Positions 45,265 through 56,561 of a stretch of 64,000 bases of DNA are shown here, piece by piece. The notes beneath the pieces were generated by a model that saw only the letters and a program-made list of their open reading frames with translations, was not told the DNA's origin and made no database searches. The first letter of the stretch is position 1, and each line of letters starts with the position of its first letter. Position numbers and translations under genes: made by a program. Origin of the DNA: an uncultured archaeon (GTDB lineage: Archaea > Thermoplasmatota > Penumbrarchaeia > JASLWR01); the NCBI GenBank assembly GCA_964342815.1, contig CAYFHS010000003.1, positions 96,001 through 160,000 on the forward strand, given 5' to 3'.

Positions 45265-48200
45265 TCCTCCTCGTCGATGCCCAGTATATCCATTATATCA
45301 TCAAGGGCGCTGGAATCGTCACCGGCGGCTGTTGCGGCATCCTCCTTTTTCACCTCGGGAGCCCCATCCATGGACTCCGGAGGAAGCGGAGTGTCCGTCG
45401 TTGCCGGATCCTCGCCGGAGGGCTCTGTTATCTCAGCCTCGGTAAGGGGGATTTCTGGCTCCGGCTCTGCCTCGACAGCTTCAGGTGCTTCGGGACCGGC
45501 GGGCTCGGGAGAAATATCTGGCGTATCCAAAGTTTCATCCGAATCGGCAGGATGGGCGGGTTCTTCATCGACATGGGATTCATCAGTCTCGGTGGGCTGA
45601 ACCGCGTCACCAGCTTCTCCGATATCAGGCTCAATGGGCGCCGCATCCGGCATGCCCGAATCAGCATCATCTTCTGCGGGCTCCAGGGAACCGGTATCTT
45701 CCGATAACTCACCCATTGTCTTCGCATCAGCTTCCACATCTGCGGCTGATACATCCTCGGGCGTTTCAGCTAATCCCTCGGGAATTTCATCACCGGTCAC
45801 GTCATCCACCAACGGAATCTCGGCAGTGTCCGCTTCCGATTCTACCGGTTGTTTCGAAATCTCATCCGGCTCGGGGATTTTCTCGGTGATTTCCTCTGCA
45901 TCAACTATGGTATCCCCAATAGCCACAGGCGCCTTGTCGGACACTTCGGGGGGAATGTATTCCATCTCCGGAGGAGGAAGCTCCTCTTGCGTAACGTCCT
46001 CACCCGGCGGAAGGAACTCAACACGTTCCCCGGGAGGCGGGGGCATTTTCTTAACTTCTTCCGGATCAGTTGTGCCTGGAGCCGGAGGCGGAAGCGCCGG
46101 GGTCTTCTTCCCCCCCTTGCCATTGGCCAGGGCCTTGCCATCGCTCAAAGCCTTGCCCTTTTGACCCTTCACCCTGGATTTCGTTCTTATACCGTGAGCC
46201 TTGAACATTTTAAGAAGAGTCTTGTCCAGTGCTTCAAATGTGCGCCGATCGCTTAAGCGTTGGGTGGAATAGATGCTGGTGGGTATGAGATCGTCGATCA
46301 CCACCCCCTCGGATCTTTTACGCACCTCTATTACTTCGAATCGCTCGCGCTTACCCCGCTTTGCGCGCTTTATAATCAATATCAGAAGAATGAAGAGAGC
46401 CAGCAGCAGGACGATGGAACCTAGAATGAGGTTCAGGTTCATACCCAGCGAAGAGGTCCATGATTCTTCCTCAACATCCTCCCTTGCGAATCCCAGAAGC
46501 TCGGACTGAGCGGTAGAACCATCCGTCGAAGTGGCTATTAGAACGATCACCGAGTCCCGGTTCACATTGGCTGAATCGGGTATGTTCACTGTCAGAATAA
46601 CGCTCATCATCTCCCCGCTTTTGATATGAAGCGGTTCTCCTGGTACTTTGACGTATTTCGCAAAAGTACCTCCCAAACCCAGTTCCACGGTAACGTCATC
46701 CCGGCCGCTGTTCTTGATGAATCCGCGGATGGTCTGATTGGTCTCTCCGGTGATGGTATAGATATAGTTCGTTTCGTTGAATCCGACCGTGATAGAAAAA
46801 TCACCGATCCGCAGAGCGAATAGTGAAACTTCGGAATACTGGTGCCCGTCGAATGCCTTGATCTCCACGTATACGGTATCGCCGCGTTTGATGGGTTTTT
46901 CAACCTGGAAACTGGTGGCATTGGAAACAAGGGTCCAAGGGAGTATGTCGCCAAGGGAAGGGTCGCTCCCGATCCGAATTTGATATGAAAAATTTACATC
47001 TGTTCCGGGGCTGTCGCTATAATGGGCCCCGCTCCAATTTATGAGAGGCGTGGGATCGATCGAGTTGCCCGGCATGATCTCTGTGGGTCCGGAGATTTTC
47101 CTTGGCGCTTTCACCTGGAGAACAGCCTCGAATACTCCCGAGAATGCCATGCCGTCATAGCATTTCACCTGAACGTGATAATCTCCAGGTGTCAAGGAGT
47201 CTTCGATCTGGAAAAAATTGTCCTCACCGGTACTCCTCCAAGGAATAAGGTCCCCTGAGCCGGGACCGCTGCCCATCTGAAACCAGAAGAGTAAGTCGTC
47301 ACCGTTCAGGTCCACAGCACCTTCCCACCGGATCATGGGGGAAGGATTACGGGTTACCGTGGGCGCGAGTGACTTGGGTGGGAACGGCTCGATGTTATCC
47401 GAAGGATCGAAGATGATTATACGCTGCTCTCTTACCGGCGAAAACTCGTAGCCGTCGGTGGCCATCACCTGGACGTAATAAGTCCCGTATTGAAGCATGA
47501 AAGGTAGCTGATAGATAGTGTTGACGCTGGTGGGTGTGCTCTTTATGATATCGCTGGCATGCCAATCCGTTCCGATACTTATAAAGTACTCGATGAGATC
47601 GTTGACGTCCAGATCCGTACAGGCACCCCAGGTGATGGTGGGATCTCTCCGGATGGTGTAAAGCGGACTGATAGTACCTGGTACACCGGGAGGGTGATTG
47701 CCATCGGAGGCGATGGTCATGATGGAGCTAGAAACTTCGGAGTAAAAATCACCGTCAAAACTCTTTACCTGGATATGGTAAACTCCTACTGCCAGTTCTT
47801 CCAGCACCTGATAGGTCGTTGAATGACCCGTACTGTACCAGGGCAGTACGTTATCGTCTACACCGGATGTTCCTATCCTTATGGAATACTCCAGCTCTTC
47901 GTGGGGTGTTTCCAGGTCCAATGCCCCCCACCAGCTTATCAATGGAAGCTTATCGGTAGTGCTGTTGGGCCATATCTTCGATGGGGGAGACGGTATGTAA
48001 TTGTAGAAGAAAGTAAGGTTCAGGTCATTCTCACCGTAAGCCAATCCATCAATACCGCCCCATTTGTCCCGGACATTGAAAGACAGTCCGTAAGAGCCCT
48101 CTGTAAACGAAGTATCTGGGTCAATATCATAGGAGAATATGTAGCTCAAACCGTCTACCGGGGCCAGATACGGTATGCTTGCATTGGGTCCTTCCATTTC

Positions 48201-50120
48201 ACCGTCCACCAATATGAATTCGTTTCCTTCCTGGTCTCTGATGGTAAGATTAATAGAGAAATTACCCATAGACTCGGAATCCAGATCTGTAAAGACGATG
48301 CTGAGCCTCGCGGAATCATCGCCGTAAATGTTCACTACTGATTTACTGAGAGTAGGCTCGTCAATGGATGGGCTGGTGTTGTTGTAAAGAAAAATTTCAT
48401 CGCTGTTATTATCGAATCCGTCAAAGTTCAAACTCGAATCTCCATCAAAAACCCCCATGTAAAGATCATATTCACCGGTTATCATGGAAGCCGGGGGATT
48501 GAATTCATAACGAATCTGCCAAATAGTTCCATTCTTTTCCACGGTCAGTCCGTCCTCACCGTTCTTAAGACCGTCCGCAAGAACTATCTCATTATTCAGC
48601 CGGTCGCGGATCCTCAGATAAATCTCAAAATCCTGAAGAGAAAATGTATCCAGGTCTGAGAATATCCCTCGTATGACCAGATGTTCCGAACCGGTAATAT
48701 TAACGCGATAGGGATCGCATGAAATAGAAAGAATCGTGGGAACATATCTTTTGACGATTGTGACCTTTCTGCTTAAGTTGAACATATTCAGATCGACCTC
48801 ATGGCCCGAATCCTCGCGAAGGAGAATATTACATGCGTATTCACCTTCGGATACTGCCTCGGAGTCTTCCGGAAAACAGGTATATGTCACGTTGTACCTG
48901 CCGTTGGGACCCTGAGTGACATTTAGTCCGGATGAATTGGATAGGCCCTCGAAAAGTGTGATGTTGTGGTTCGTGCCGTTCAGGTAAAAGCTAAGGGTGA
49001 AATCATCGGGGGGTTGCGAATCAAGGTCATAGAACACTATGTTAATTCCGATACCGCGATGATCGAGAATATTCACCGGTTCTTTATCAAAGGATACTGC
49101 ATCTTCCCCGAAGGACGGAGGTATTGAAAGAAGCGTGAAATTCGCTTCTTGCTCATCATAGTTCAAGATACCTTCCCATCCTCGTACATTATATACATGA
49201 AATTTCATATCATAATTACCAAAAATTAGATCAAGCGTGGGGGTCCAATTATAGAAAAAGGAAAAATTTCCGGCTGTGATCTTTTTCACAAAAAGTGAAT
49301 CGTTTCCACTGGTCTTGTTGTCGAGGATTGTACTGGTTTTTGATTCGCTGTCACGTATTTCGATGATCACTTTGTACTCATATGGTTCATATTTTGGTAT
49401 GTCCGAAAATTTACCGGAAATATTGATGCTGCCGTTGTAGCGATAGGTTTCCAGAGGAGCGATATTGATTTCGTCTCGGTGGATTTTCACCTCGGGTACG
49501 CCGGTGATGCTTATATCATCGATTAGCCAATACTCGGCCGCCGAAGAACTGGTGAATCTGAAGCGGATCCTTACATGACTGTTATCATCATATGCCGATA
49601 GGTCTATCTTAAACTCCCCGTAATTTCCGGTTCTCAATGCTTGACCATCCCAGTTCCCCACTGCCTGCCATGTGCCACCTCCATCACCAGATACATCCAG
49701 ATGATAAAGGTCAGAGTTTTCCGTCTCTATGGTATGCTGATAAAACGATATCTCCACATTAAAATAATTGGTCAGATCGATATTTTCCGTCAAAGTCAGA
49801 GTACTGTCCGTCACATGGGCCATGGCATTTCCACGATAGGTACCCGTTCTCGGACCGGTATTGGAAACCGACCAGCCGTTCCCTCCGATCCATGGACCGG
49901 CATCGAAATCACCCGACTCGAAACCTTCCGTGAAAACGGGTACCGGATTACCCCTTGTCAATTCCACACTTTCGGCCTTAACATTAACGGGGATTCCACC
50001 GTTTTCGCCATCAAATGAGGAATCCCTGCTGTAGTGTAGAAAAATGGAAAACTGCGAAAAGCATATGATCAGGGCCATTAGACCCGCAGCGACCGAAAAA
50101 TTTCTCCCCGACGGAGTCAT
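45261..50120 (-). CDS. Very large membrane-anchored surface protein (MAM-like, Ig and FN3 repeats) with Pro/acidic cytoplasmic tail
   Basis: Signal peptide, FTEGFESG domain, 3 Ig-like and 4 FN3-like repeats, TM, long P/E/D-rich tail. Confidence 0.8.
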   Translation of the reverse strand: MTPSGRNFSVAAGLMALIICFSQFSIFLHYSRDSSFDGENGGIPVNVKAESVELTRGNPVPVFTEGFESGDFDAGPWIGGNGWSVSNTGPRTGTYRGNAMAHVTDSTLTLTENIDLTNYFNVEISFYQHTIETENSDLYHLDVSGDGGGTWQAVGNWDGQALRTGNYGEFKIDLSAYDDNSHVRIRFRFTSSSAAEYWLIDDISITGVPEVKIHRDEINIAPLETYRYNGSINISGKFSDIPKYEPYEYKVIIEIRDSESKTSTILDNKTSGNDSLFVKKITAGNFSFFYNWTPTLDLIFGNYDMKFHVYNVRGWEGILNYDEQEANFTLLSIPPSFGEDAVSFDKEPVNILDHRGIGINIVFYDLDSQPPDDFTLSFYLNGTNHNITLFEGLSNSSGLNVTQGPNGRYNVTYTCFPEDSEAVSEGEYACNILLREDSGHEVDLNMFNLSRKVTIVKRYVPTILSISCDPYRVNITGSEHLVIRGIFSDLDTFSLQDFEIYLRIRDRLNNEIVLADGLKNGEDGLTVEKNGTIWQIRYEFNPPASMITGEYDLYMGVFDGDSSLNFDGFDNNSDEIFLYNNTSPSIDEPTLSKSVVNIYGDDSARLSIVFTDLDSESMGNFSINLTIRDQEGNEFILVDGEMEGPNASIPYLAPVDGLSYIFSYDIDPDTSFTEGSYGLSFNVRDKWGGIDGLAYGENDLNLTFFYNYIPSPPSKIWPNSTTDKLPLISWWGALDLETPHEELEYSIRIGTSGVDDNVLPWYSTGHSTTYQVLEELAVGVYHIQVKSFDGDFYSEVSSSIMTIASDGNHPPGVPGTISPLYTIRRDPTITWGACTDLDVNDLIEYFISIGTDWHASDIIKSTPTSVNTIYQLPFMLQYGTYYVQVMATDGYEFSPVREQRIIIFDPSDNIEPFPPKSLAPTVTRNPSPMIRWEGAVDLNGDDLLFWFQMGSGPGSGDLIPWRSTGEDNFFQIEDSLTPGDYHVQVKCYDGMAFSGVFEAVLQVKAPRKISGPTEIMPGNSIDPTPLINWSGAHYSDSPGTDVNFSYQIRIGSDPSLGDILPWTLVSNATSFQVEKPIKRGDTVYVEIKAFDGHQYSEVSLFALRIGDFSITVGFNETNYIYTITGETNQTIRGFIKNSGRDDVTVELGLGGTFAKYVKVPGEPLHIKSGEMMSVILTVNIPDSANVNRDSVIVLIATSTDGSTAQSELLGFAREDVEEESWTSSLGMNLNLILGSIVLLLALFILLILIIKRAKRGKRERFEVIEVRKRSEGVVIDDLIPTSIYSTQRLSDRRTFEALDKTLLKMFKAHGIRTKSRVKGQKGKALSDGKALANGKGGKKTPALPPPAPGTTDPEEVKKMPPPPGERVEFLPPGEDVTQEELPPPEMEYIPPEVSDKAPVAIGDTIVDAEEITEKIPEPDEISKQPVESEADTAEIPLVDDVTGDEIPEGLAETPEDVSAADVEADAKTMGELSEDTGSLEPAEDDADSGMPDAAPIEPDIGEAGDAVQPTETDESHVDEEPAHPADSDETLDTPDISPEPAGPEAPEAVEAEPEPEIPLTEAEITEPSGEDPATTDTPLPPESMDGAPEVKKEDAATAAGDDSSALDDIMDILGIDEEE

Positions 50121-50246
50121 ACTATCACCATATTTCTTCAGTAATTTTAATAGTAAAGTATAGCGAGATGGTCCTATTTCAGTAATAAATCTAACGGGTA
50201 TATTAACGATTAGCTAGATGTAGACCGATTTCAGCTTCCGCTTGCA

Positions 50247-51944
50247 TCATCCCAAGAGGGATTTTATCACCCAAGGAGCCAGCTTGGACATTACCGCTCC
50301 GATCCAGATCATTATGACAAAATTCAAGAACGCACCGTATTTGTGACCGGCAGCTATAATGATGTGGATGAGCGCAGTTATGCCTGCGTGGACGATCACG
50401 AGAACGAACATCAAATTGATGAAAAGATCCAGGTTATATGCCTGTGAAAAAAGTACTTCCACCTCGATATAGCTTTTATCCGCTCCTGTTTTCGTTACAA
50501 GAGCCTCCAGTACCTCCACAAGGGCCGAAGCCATGAACATGACGATACTTATAACGATGGCGATACCTATAAAGAGACCAGAAAGAGAGGATGCTATCGT
50601 ATACCTCTTTTGTCGAAGCCCCAGCAATTTTGTGAAATTGAAGGAAATAATGTTCGCAGCTTTTCCGGGCTTACCTCCTGCCTCGAGACCCCTGACGAAC
50701 ATTCCCGAAAACTTCGTAATGAGGTCCGAACCAGTTTCAGCCCCGAAATATTTCCATGAAAGAACCGGATCTATACGCAGATTAACTCTGTCATAAAGGG
50801 CCTTCACGTTCTGGGTAAGGGGCCCGAAATCATGATTGAGCAATCTCTTCAATGCCTGGACCGGGGCAATGGAACTTGTCTCCGTGGTGGAGCCTAGAGA
50901 ACGGATGAACGCTGCAAAGTTGTTATCTCTCCTGATGATCTCCTCTTCCATCTTCCTCGTATAATAACCCGTAACCATAAGAGGCGACAAGGTTATTGCA
51001 GTGCTTATGGGAAAACTATTCCCCACCAATGGCAGAGTATGATCCATGAATACGAAAATGATTATACCCATAATTACACAGGCTCCCAGAGAGCCGACGA
51101 AGTAAAAATCTAGTTTCTGACTAACCTTTGTCCGCAAGTCCGTATCCTCCCATACCCTCTCACGGGGTACGTAGGCCACGAAGACGTAGAGCATCAGACA
51201 TTCAACAGCTATGAAGAGCAAGGCCGAAAGGTAGAACATAGCAGTGGTATTGATCCCCAGAATAAAGGGCAGAAGAGCCACTATCAGGATAAGGAAGGTC
51301 ATCACCATTGAAATGGCAATGAATATCTCCCCTGCCATGGCTATTGTGTCGGCAGCCTGCCCGTAGAGAACCTTGTATTGTTCGAGTATTATCTCCTGCT
51401 CGGCTGCAAAGAAGTCTTTGGGTTCCTCGCCGGATTCCACCGCATATGCCAATCTCTCAAGGAAATCGCCGAACATGATGGAGGGCGTTGATTTCGCAAT
51501 ACGCCTGCAGGCATCCCCGATGGAGAGGCCCCATTTATCCAACAAGACATATATCTTGTTGATCTCTCGAGCGAGTTCGCCGTATTCCTTCATTTCCAGC
51601 ATGATGTCGAATATCCCCTTTCGGGATATATCTGATGTGGAAAGGACACCAACCCGGGTGATGAACAAGTGCATCTCCTGCTCGATCCTTTTCCTCCGGT
51701 TCTGCCATTTCGCAAATGGTAACAGAATGAATATGGAGATGATAACCGCCACAGATATGGAAAATAGGATCACGAGATAGGGGCCGCCGAATATATTCGG
51801 GAGAAGAACGACCATGAGAATAAAACAGAGGGCCGACCCTAAAATGGTTGGCAGTGCCATACGGAAAATATATTTAGTGGGGTCAATGTTGGAATCTTGG
51901 AGGCTCCGGATCCAAACAGGTTTCAAATCATCGCCCTCCCACAT
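50247..51944 (-). CDS. arlJ: Archaellum assembly membrane platform ArlJ/FlaJ
   Basis: Two T2SS-F-like cytoplasmic domains with many TMs; ATG 51944 is TGATG-coupled to arlI (ATG 51977 is the alternative). Confidence 0.9.
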   Translation of the reverse strand: MWEGDDLKPVWIRSLQDSNIDPTKYIFRMALPTILGSALCFILMVVLLPNIFGGPYLVILFSISVAVIISIFILLPFAKWQNRRKRIEQEMHLFITRVGVLSTSDISRKGIFDIMLEMKEYGELAREINKIYVLLDKWGLSIGDACRRIAKSTPSIMFGDFLERLAYAVESGEEPKDFFAAEQEIILEQYKVLYGQAADTIAMAGEIFIAISMVMTFLILIVALLPFILGINTTAMFYLSALLFIAVECLMLYVFVAYVPRERVWEDTDLRTKVSQKLDFYFVGSLGACVIMGIIIFVFMDHTLPLVGNSFPISTAITLSPLMVTGYYTRKMEEEIIRRDNNFAAFIRSLGSTTETSSIAPVQALKRLLNHDFGPLTQNVKALYDRVNLRIDPVLSWKYFGAETGSDLITKFSGMFVRGLEAGGKPGKAANIISFNFTKLLGLRQKRYTIASSLSGLFIGIAIVISIVMFMASALVEVLEALVTKTGADKSYIEVEVLFSQAYNLDLFINLMFVLVIVHAGITALIHIIIAAGHKYGAFLNFVIMIWIGAVMSKLAPWVIKSLLG

Positions 51945-53605
51945 CAGCTTCGGTACTTCGAGGGTAGAGCATTCCATCCCCTCTCGTAGAATGTCTTGAA
52001 TATCGTACGCACTTCGTCATAACCCACGAGGTTATCGTCCGCGAGATTCTGTATGAACTTCTTTCTCTTCATCATCTCGTCGTAGATGTCCCGAATATTC
52101 GGAAGACCCATTATGGGTGCGACCTTGTTCTCCAGAATGTGACTGTTGTACATACCCCTGAAACTGTGAACGTCCGATACCGGGTCCCACTGGAATACGG
52201 CCCTGTTCAGCACACCGCCCTTGACGCTGGAGAATCCGATTATCTCCTCGATTGAAGAGCACCTCCGCACTATCATTCCGCCTCGATAGATCAGCTCCTG
52301 GAAGCAGGCTATGTTTAGATTGTCCATGAAACGAATGGGAACGCGGATGGGATCGCCTGTGAATCTCTGGATCATCTTCTGAATTGATGAAGCGTGGAAG
52401 GTGGAAAGGACCGCATGTCCGGTCTGTATAGCCTGGAATGCCACGGCCCCCTCGACGCCGCGTATCTCACCCACTATGATGTAGTCCGGGCGTGAACGGA
52501 GAGCCGCCTTAATGAGATCGAAAAGAGTGACACGGGACGCTTCGGGCCCCGATTCACGGGTGATCAACCTTTGCCAGACCGGGTGCGGAACAATAACCTC
52601 GGGGGTATCTTCCGCTGTAAATATCTTGGAATTGTAGTTAATAAAATTCAGCATGGAGTTTAGTGAAGTGGTCTTGCCGCTTGCAGTCTCTCCGCTCATG
52701 AAAAGCGACATCTTGTGCTCGAGACATAGCCACACATAGGCGGCCATTGCAGCGCTGAAGGTCCCCCATTTTATCAGCTGTATCATGGTCGGCGGCCTTT
52801 CGGCGAACTTCCGGATCGTGAAGGATGCACCGCCCTTGGAAACGTCCTCACTGTAAATGATATTGATACGGGAACCATCAGGTAGCGCGCCGTCAACCAC
52901 AGGTGAAGAATCGCTCACAGGCCGCCCGATCCTCTCACTCATGTTACGTAGAAATTTATCCAGTTCCGGTAGTGACTGGAAGGCAACGTTGGTAGGGGTC
53001 ATACCCAGTACCTTGTGGACGATATTGACATTGGTGATTCCTATGGCATGGATATCCTCGATGAAGGGGTCGCGAATGAGAGGTTCCAGAGGACCGTGCT
53101 CCAGAAGGTCTCTGAAAATGTGGTATCGTATATTGTCGTACTCCTTCTTGGTGACGAAAACACCACCGCCCTTAAGCCTGCTGAAGAAACCCTGCCTTTT
53201 CGTAAATGCAATGCTCTCTTTTAACAGCGTCTCCAGGAGCTTTTCCATGTTTTCCTCTTCCCCCTCCCCTTCGACGGATGCCTTTCTCGTGGGCGCCATG
53301 TCGAGAATGTTATTCAAGATCTTTTCTTTCTTCCCCATTTCGGTGGCATTCAATATGGGCTCGATCCCAATGTAATATATGCGGTCCCGCTCTACGTTCG
53401 TTATGTGGATGAAAACAGGATCTCCCACGGGATATATTATGTTCACAACAGGTTTTCCCCGCACCATGTCCTTCGTAATGTAACCCTCGAACCCAACCTT
53501 GGCCTTGGTTTTCTTTTCGAACTTTTCAATATACTCTTTCAAGTGGGGATTCCTTTTTCTCGCAATCGAAAATGCATCAGAATCTATTTTTTCAGCCGGT
53601 GACAT
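51944..53605 (-). CDS. arlI: Archaellum ATPase ArlI/FlaI
   Basis: GETASGKT Walker A, RSRPDYIIVGEIRG, TGH..LSTFHA. Confidence 0.95.
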   Translation of the reverse strand: MSPAEKIDSDAFSIARKRNPHLKEYIEKFEKKTKAKVGFEGYITKDMVRGKPVVNIIYPVGDPVFIHITNVERDRIYYIGIEPILNATEMGKKEKILNNILDMAPTRKASVEGEGEEENMEKLLETLLKESIAFTKRQGFFSRLKGGGVFVTKKEYDNIRYHIFRDLLEHGPLEPLIRDPFIEDIHAIGITNVNIVHKVLGMTPTNVAFQSLPELDKFLRNMSERIGRPVSDSSPVVDGALPDGSRINIIYSEDVSKGGASFTIRKFAERPPTMIQLIKWGTFSAAMAAYVWLCLEHKMSLFMSGETASGKTTSLNSMLNFINYNSKIFTAEDTPEVIVPHPVWQRLITRESGPEASRVTLFDLIKAALRSRPDYIIVGEIRGVEGAVAFQAIQTGHAVLSTFHASSIQKMIQRFTGDPIRVPIRFMDNLNIACFQELIYRGGMIVRRCSSIEEIIGFSSVKGGVLNRAVFQWDPVSDVHSFRGMYNSHILENKVAPIMGLPNIRDIYDEMMKRKKFIQNLADDNLVGYDEVRTIFKTFYERGWNALPSKYRS

Positions 53606-53620
53606 GATTGCGCCCTTTTC

Positions 53621-54325
53621 CTATGCTACACTGGTAATATCAACTATGAATCCCGCCCCCGGAACGACCCTGAATCCCACGGTATCCCTTACAGGTCCCG
53701 ATGCGGCACTGAATCTTTTTACGAACATAGTATGCTCGAGATTTCCCTCCACTGCCTCTGATTTCAGTTCGATGTATATATCACAAACGGACCGGAAAGG
53801 TGCCACAACACTCTCGCTCAATTCATCAGGATCCATAGTTATTATTATGTTCTTGCTTTGTCCGGATAGTTTTTGAAAGAAACCGATCACCATGAAAGCC
53901 CTTTCCTCGTCTATATCGTTCTTGATGAGAGAAGAGAAAGTATCCATCATGATTACGTCGCTGCTGTACAGCTGCTTGGTGTTCATCAAGCGGCCAAGGA
54001 AATCCTCCCTGGCCATTGCCTGTCCGAAAAGTGGGAATACCGGGATGAATTTCAATCTCCCGTCCAGAAGATACTCCATAACGTCATAATCCAATGACCT
54101 CATCTGGTCGATGAAACCCTTGGTGGTAAGCTCGGTGGAGATCAGGGTTACCTTTATACCGTTCTTCAGAAGTGAATACGCCAACCTCTGGCAAACGGCA
54201 CTCTTTCCCGCACCGTCCTTGCCTGTCATCAAAAGGGTCGTTCCCTTCGGCAGACCGCCTCCTCCGAACTGCGTATGCAGGTTGTCCCGCTCAAGGGTTA
54301 TAGATAGATAATCGTCTTCTTCCAC
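53621..54325 (-). CDS. arlH: Archaellum RecA/KaiC-like ATPase ArlH/FlaH
   Basis: GGGLPKG, GKDGAGKS Walker A, STEL, MDTFS; position in operon. Confidence 0.9.
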   Translation of the reverse strand: MEEDDYLSITLERDNLHTQFGGGGLPKGTTLLMTGKDGAGKSAVCQRLAYSLLKNGIKVTLISTELTTKGFIDQMRSLDYDVMEYLLDGRLKFIPVFPLFGQAMAREDFLGRLMNTKQLYSSDVIMMDTFSSLIKNDIDEERAFMVIGFFQKLSGQSKNIIITMDPDELSESVVAPFRSVCDIYIELKSEAVEGNLEHTMFVKRFSAASGPVRDTVGFRVVPGAGFIVDITSVA

Positions 54326-54335
54326 GGCTGAATCA

Positions 54336-54839
54336 CTACTCGCTTACCTCGGTTATTCTGAAATATGTGGAATCGCCCACGTTGGAAAACTCGGAGGCAA
54401 TGATCTTCATATGATATTGATTCCCCTCCTCGAGATAGGAAGGTGCGGTTATGTTATAGGTGAGACGAAGCGTCATACCAGGTAAAAATGCACTACCGCT
54501 GAGCAAGGTCATGTCGGTGGGAATATAATCCGGATCTTTTATGTTGGGACCTGTAAGGAACATAAGGAACGTGTAGTTCACACCTGAGAAATATATTTCT
54601 CTTGATCCGACGTTCTTTATATAAACCGTGAGATTACGACTGGTGTCATTGTAAGGTACCATTGTCACATCGTTCTCTATGGAGATGTCAGAGGACAACT
54701 CGCCAGCCATGCTTCTACCGCTGCTCTCAAGCCTATCGGCCACCTCTAAAACCGAACTTACCATCACTCCCGATATGGCTGTCGCGGCGATAACCGCCGC
54801 AATGAACCAAATGATGTGCGACGCAGATGTTGCAGCCAT
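54336..54839 (-). CDS. arlG: Archaellum stator ArlG/FlaG
   Basis: SASHIIWFIAAV N-terminal TM, YIKNVGS; position in operon. Confidence 0.85.
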   Translation of the reverse strand: MAATSASHIIWFIAAVIAATAISGVMVSSVLEVADRLESSGRSMAGELSSDISIENDVTMVPYNDTSRNLTVYIKNVGSREIYFSGVNYTFLMFLTGPNIKDPDYIPTDMTLLSGSAFLPGMTLRLTYNITAPSYLEEGNQYHMKIIASEFSNVGDSTYFRITEVSE

Positions 54840-54877
54840 TAATCATCCTTCCTGATTTATAGGGTCATTATCAATAC

Positions 54878-55336
54878 TCACTCAATGGTCTCATATATCG
54901 ATATCCCGTTGGGACAGCATAGTTTTATTTTGACTGGTAGGTCCAGTGGAGCCGACGTCAAATCCACAGTTATATTCACAATTTCCATAGGACCCCATAT
55001 ATCCGTATTCGTCATTGCCTGACCCGTTGGGTCCGAAACAATGTATGTTTTGTTGTAATGTGTTCCGTTCAGATAAACGTCCGTATACCGGAGGTCTATA
55101 ACTGTGGAACCGTTGTTCGAAACGTTCATACTCACTATATTCGAGGGAGCGGCGAAGTACGACGTATTTACAAATGCTACAGATGTATCTAGCAGTTCAC
55201 GATTCCTTTTGACATTATCCCGCCTTGCCTCCTCTACCACCCGTTCCTTGGCATCTTCAGCGTACCAGACTATTCCGAAAGAGATTATCGCAGTGACAAA
55301 GATCACTCCTGCGGCCATAGAGACGCTGATGCCCAT
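54878..55336 (-). CDS. arlF: Archaellum stator ArlF/FlaF
   Basis: MGISVS N-terminal TM, NNGSTVI..TDVYLNG; position in operon. Confidence 0.8.
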   Translation of the reverse strand: MGISVSMAAGVIFVTAIISFGIVWYAEDAKERVVEEARRDNVKRNRELLDTSVAFVNTSYFAAPSNIVSMNVSNNGSTVIDLRYTDVYLNGTHYNKTYIVSDPTGQAMTNTDIWGPMEIVNITVDLTSAPLDLPVKIKLCCPNGISIYETIE

Positions 55337-55351
55337 GGCATACCTCCGCTA

Positions 55352-56485
55352 TCACTCCTTAGAATAGTATTTTAAGATCTCTTCGATATATTCCAGGGAT
55401 TTGGAATGATCCTCGATGGATAATTTCCAGCCGTCACTCTGGCCGATTACGGCACCGTCCTCTGAAATATATATATCGCCTTCCATGTGTTCCAGATTGG
55501 GTTCCGATTTCGCGCCAGTTAGAAAGTTCATCGTCGTGATCTCGATATCCTCGTTGATCCAGTCTATCTCCCGGTAATACTTCAAGAGATTGGGTATGTC
55601 CTCCTGCCTTATCTTCGATGTAAGGAACTGGATCCATTTCAACACGCTGGCCTCAAAGTAGAACTGTCTTCGCGAGGAGGGGATGGTCACATTCCTTGGC
55701 TTCTCAGGCGCAAGCTCGCCGTCAAACCGTTCCTCCGCTCCAAGCAGCTCATCAGGCATTCCCTCTACTTTCAGACGGACCTTCTCTACGTTATCCTCTA
55801 TGCCATCCCAACGAAATACTTCCGGCGAATTCCCTATACCGTCCATGTCGATGAAGGGATTTATCTGGGCGGATATAAGATCGTAGAGGGCAGCCAGTTC
55901 CCTCATGGTCTTGTCCACCTTGACATAGGAATCCCGTGTCTCTTCCAGTTCCTTTATGATTAGGTCCACCCTTGAATATCCTTCTTTGATAAGTTGCAGG
56001 TCCGAGAGTACCGAGACCATGGATTCATTTGTTGATGATACCTTCGTTTCAAGTTTAGAAACATCTTTCTCGATATTGGAAAACCTCGCCTCAGCCTTCG
56101 GGTCCATGGTCAGGACTACCTCTCCGAGAGAAGCTCTAACTACCTCTTTTTCACCGCGTTCCTCCTTCTTTTCCTCTTTCTGCTTTTCCATCCCGGTCAC
56201 CTTCGGCGAACCCACCTCGATCTCGAAACGATCGAACTTGTATTCTTTTTTTGCTTTTGGTTCGCGTTCCTTCGGGGACTTTTCCCCATCAGGTGGTTTC
56301 CCCCTTGGACGTCCCCTGCCAGGAGGTCTCTTTCCAGGGGGTCTTCTTTCTCCCCTCTTTGGAGGTCTTCTCTTGTCCCGTGGAGGCCCTCGACGCCTAG
56401 ACGCCTTGCTTCGGTCGCCCGGAGGTGCTCTTCTCGGCGGACCGCGCGAAGCCTTTCCCTCTTCCTTCTTGGAGAACATCATCAT
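55352..56485 (-). CDS. Fused ArlC/D/E-like archaellum switch protein with Arg/Pro-rich N-terminal extension
   Basis: Coiled coil with LYDLISAQINPFI (ArlC-like); WIQFL...LKYYREIDWI and DHSKSLEYI (ArlD/E-like). Confidence 0.75.
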   Translation of the reverse strand: MMMFSKKEEGKASRGPPRRAPPGDRSKASRRRGPPRDKRRPPKRGERRPPGKRPPGRGRPRGKPPDGEKSPKEREPKAKKEYKFDRFEIEVGSPKVTGMEKQKEEKKEERGEKEVVRASLGEVVLTMDPKAEARFSNIEKDVSKLETKVSSTNESMVSVLSDLQLIKEGYSRVDLIIKELEETRDSYVKVDKTMRELAALYDLISAQINPFIDMDGIGNSPEVFRWDGIEDNVEKVRLKVEGMPDELLGAEERFDGELAPEKPRNVTIPSSRRQFYFEASVLKWIQFLTSKIRQEDIPNLLKYYREIDWINEDIEITTMNFLTGAKSEPNLEHMEGDIYISEDGAVIGQSDGWKLSIEDHSKSLEYIEEILKYYSKE

Positions 56486-56561
56486 GTTAGTACTCCCGCT
56501 GATACCCATAAGGGCAATGATCGTAAAATTGAAAAAAGAAAAAAAAAGATAGGTAAAGTCC

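Noticed and set aside
45277-46256. Ser/Gly-rich plus-strand ORFs opposite the Pro/Glu tail, and poly-Ser ORF 57482-57889
   Set aside because: Antisense shadows of low-complexity coding sequence
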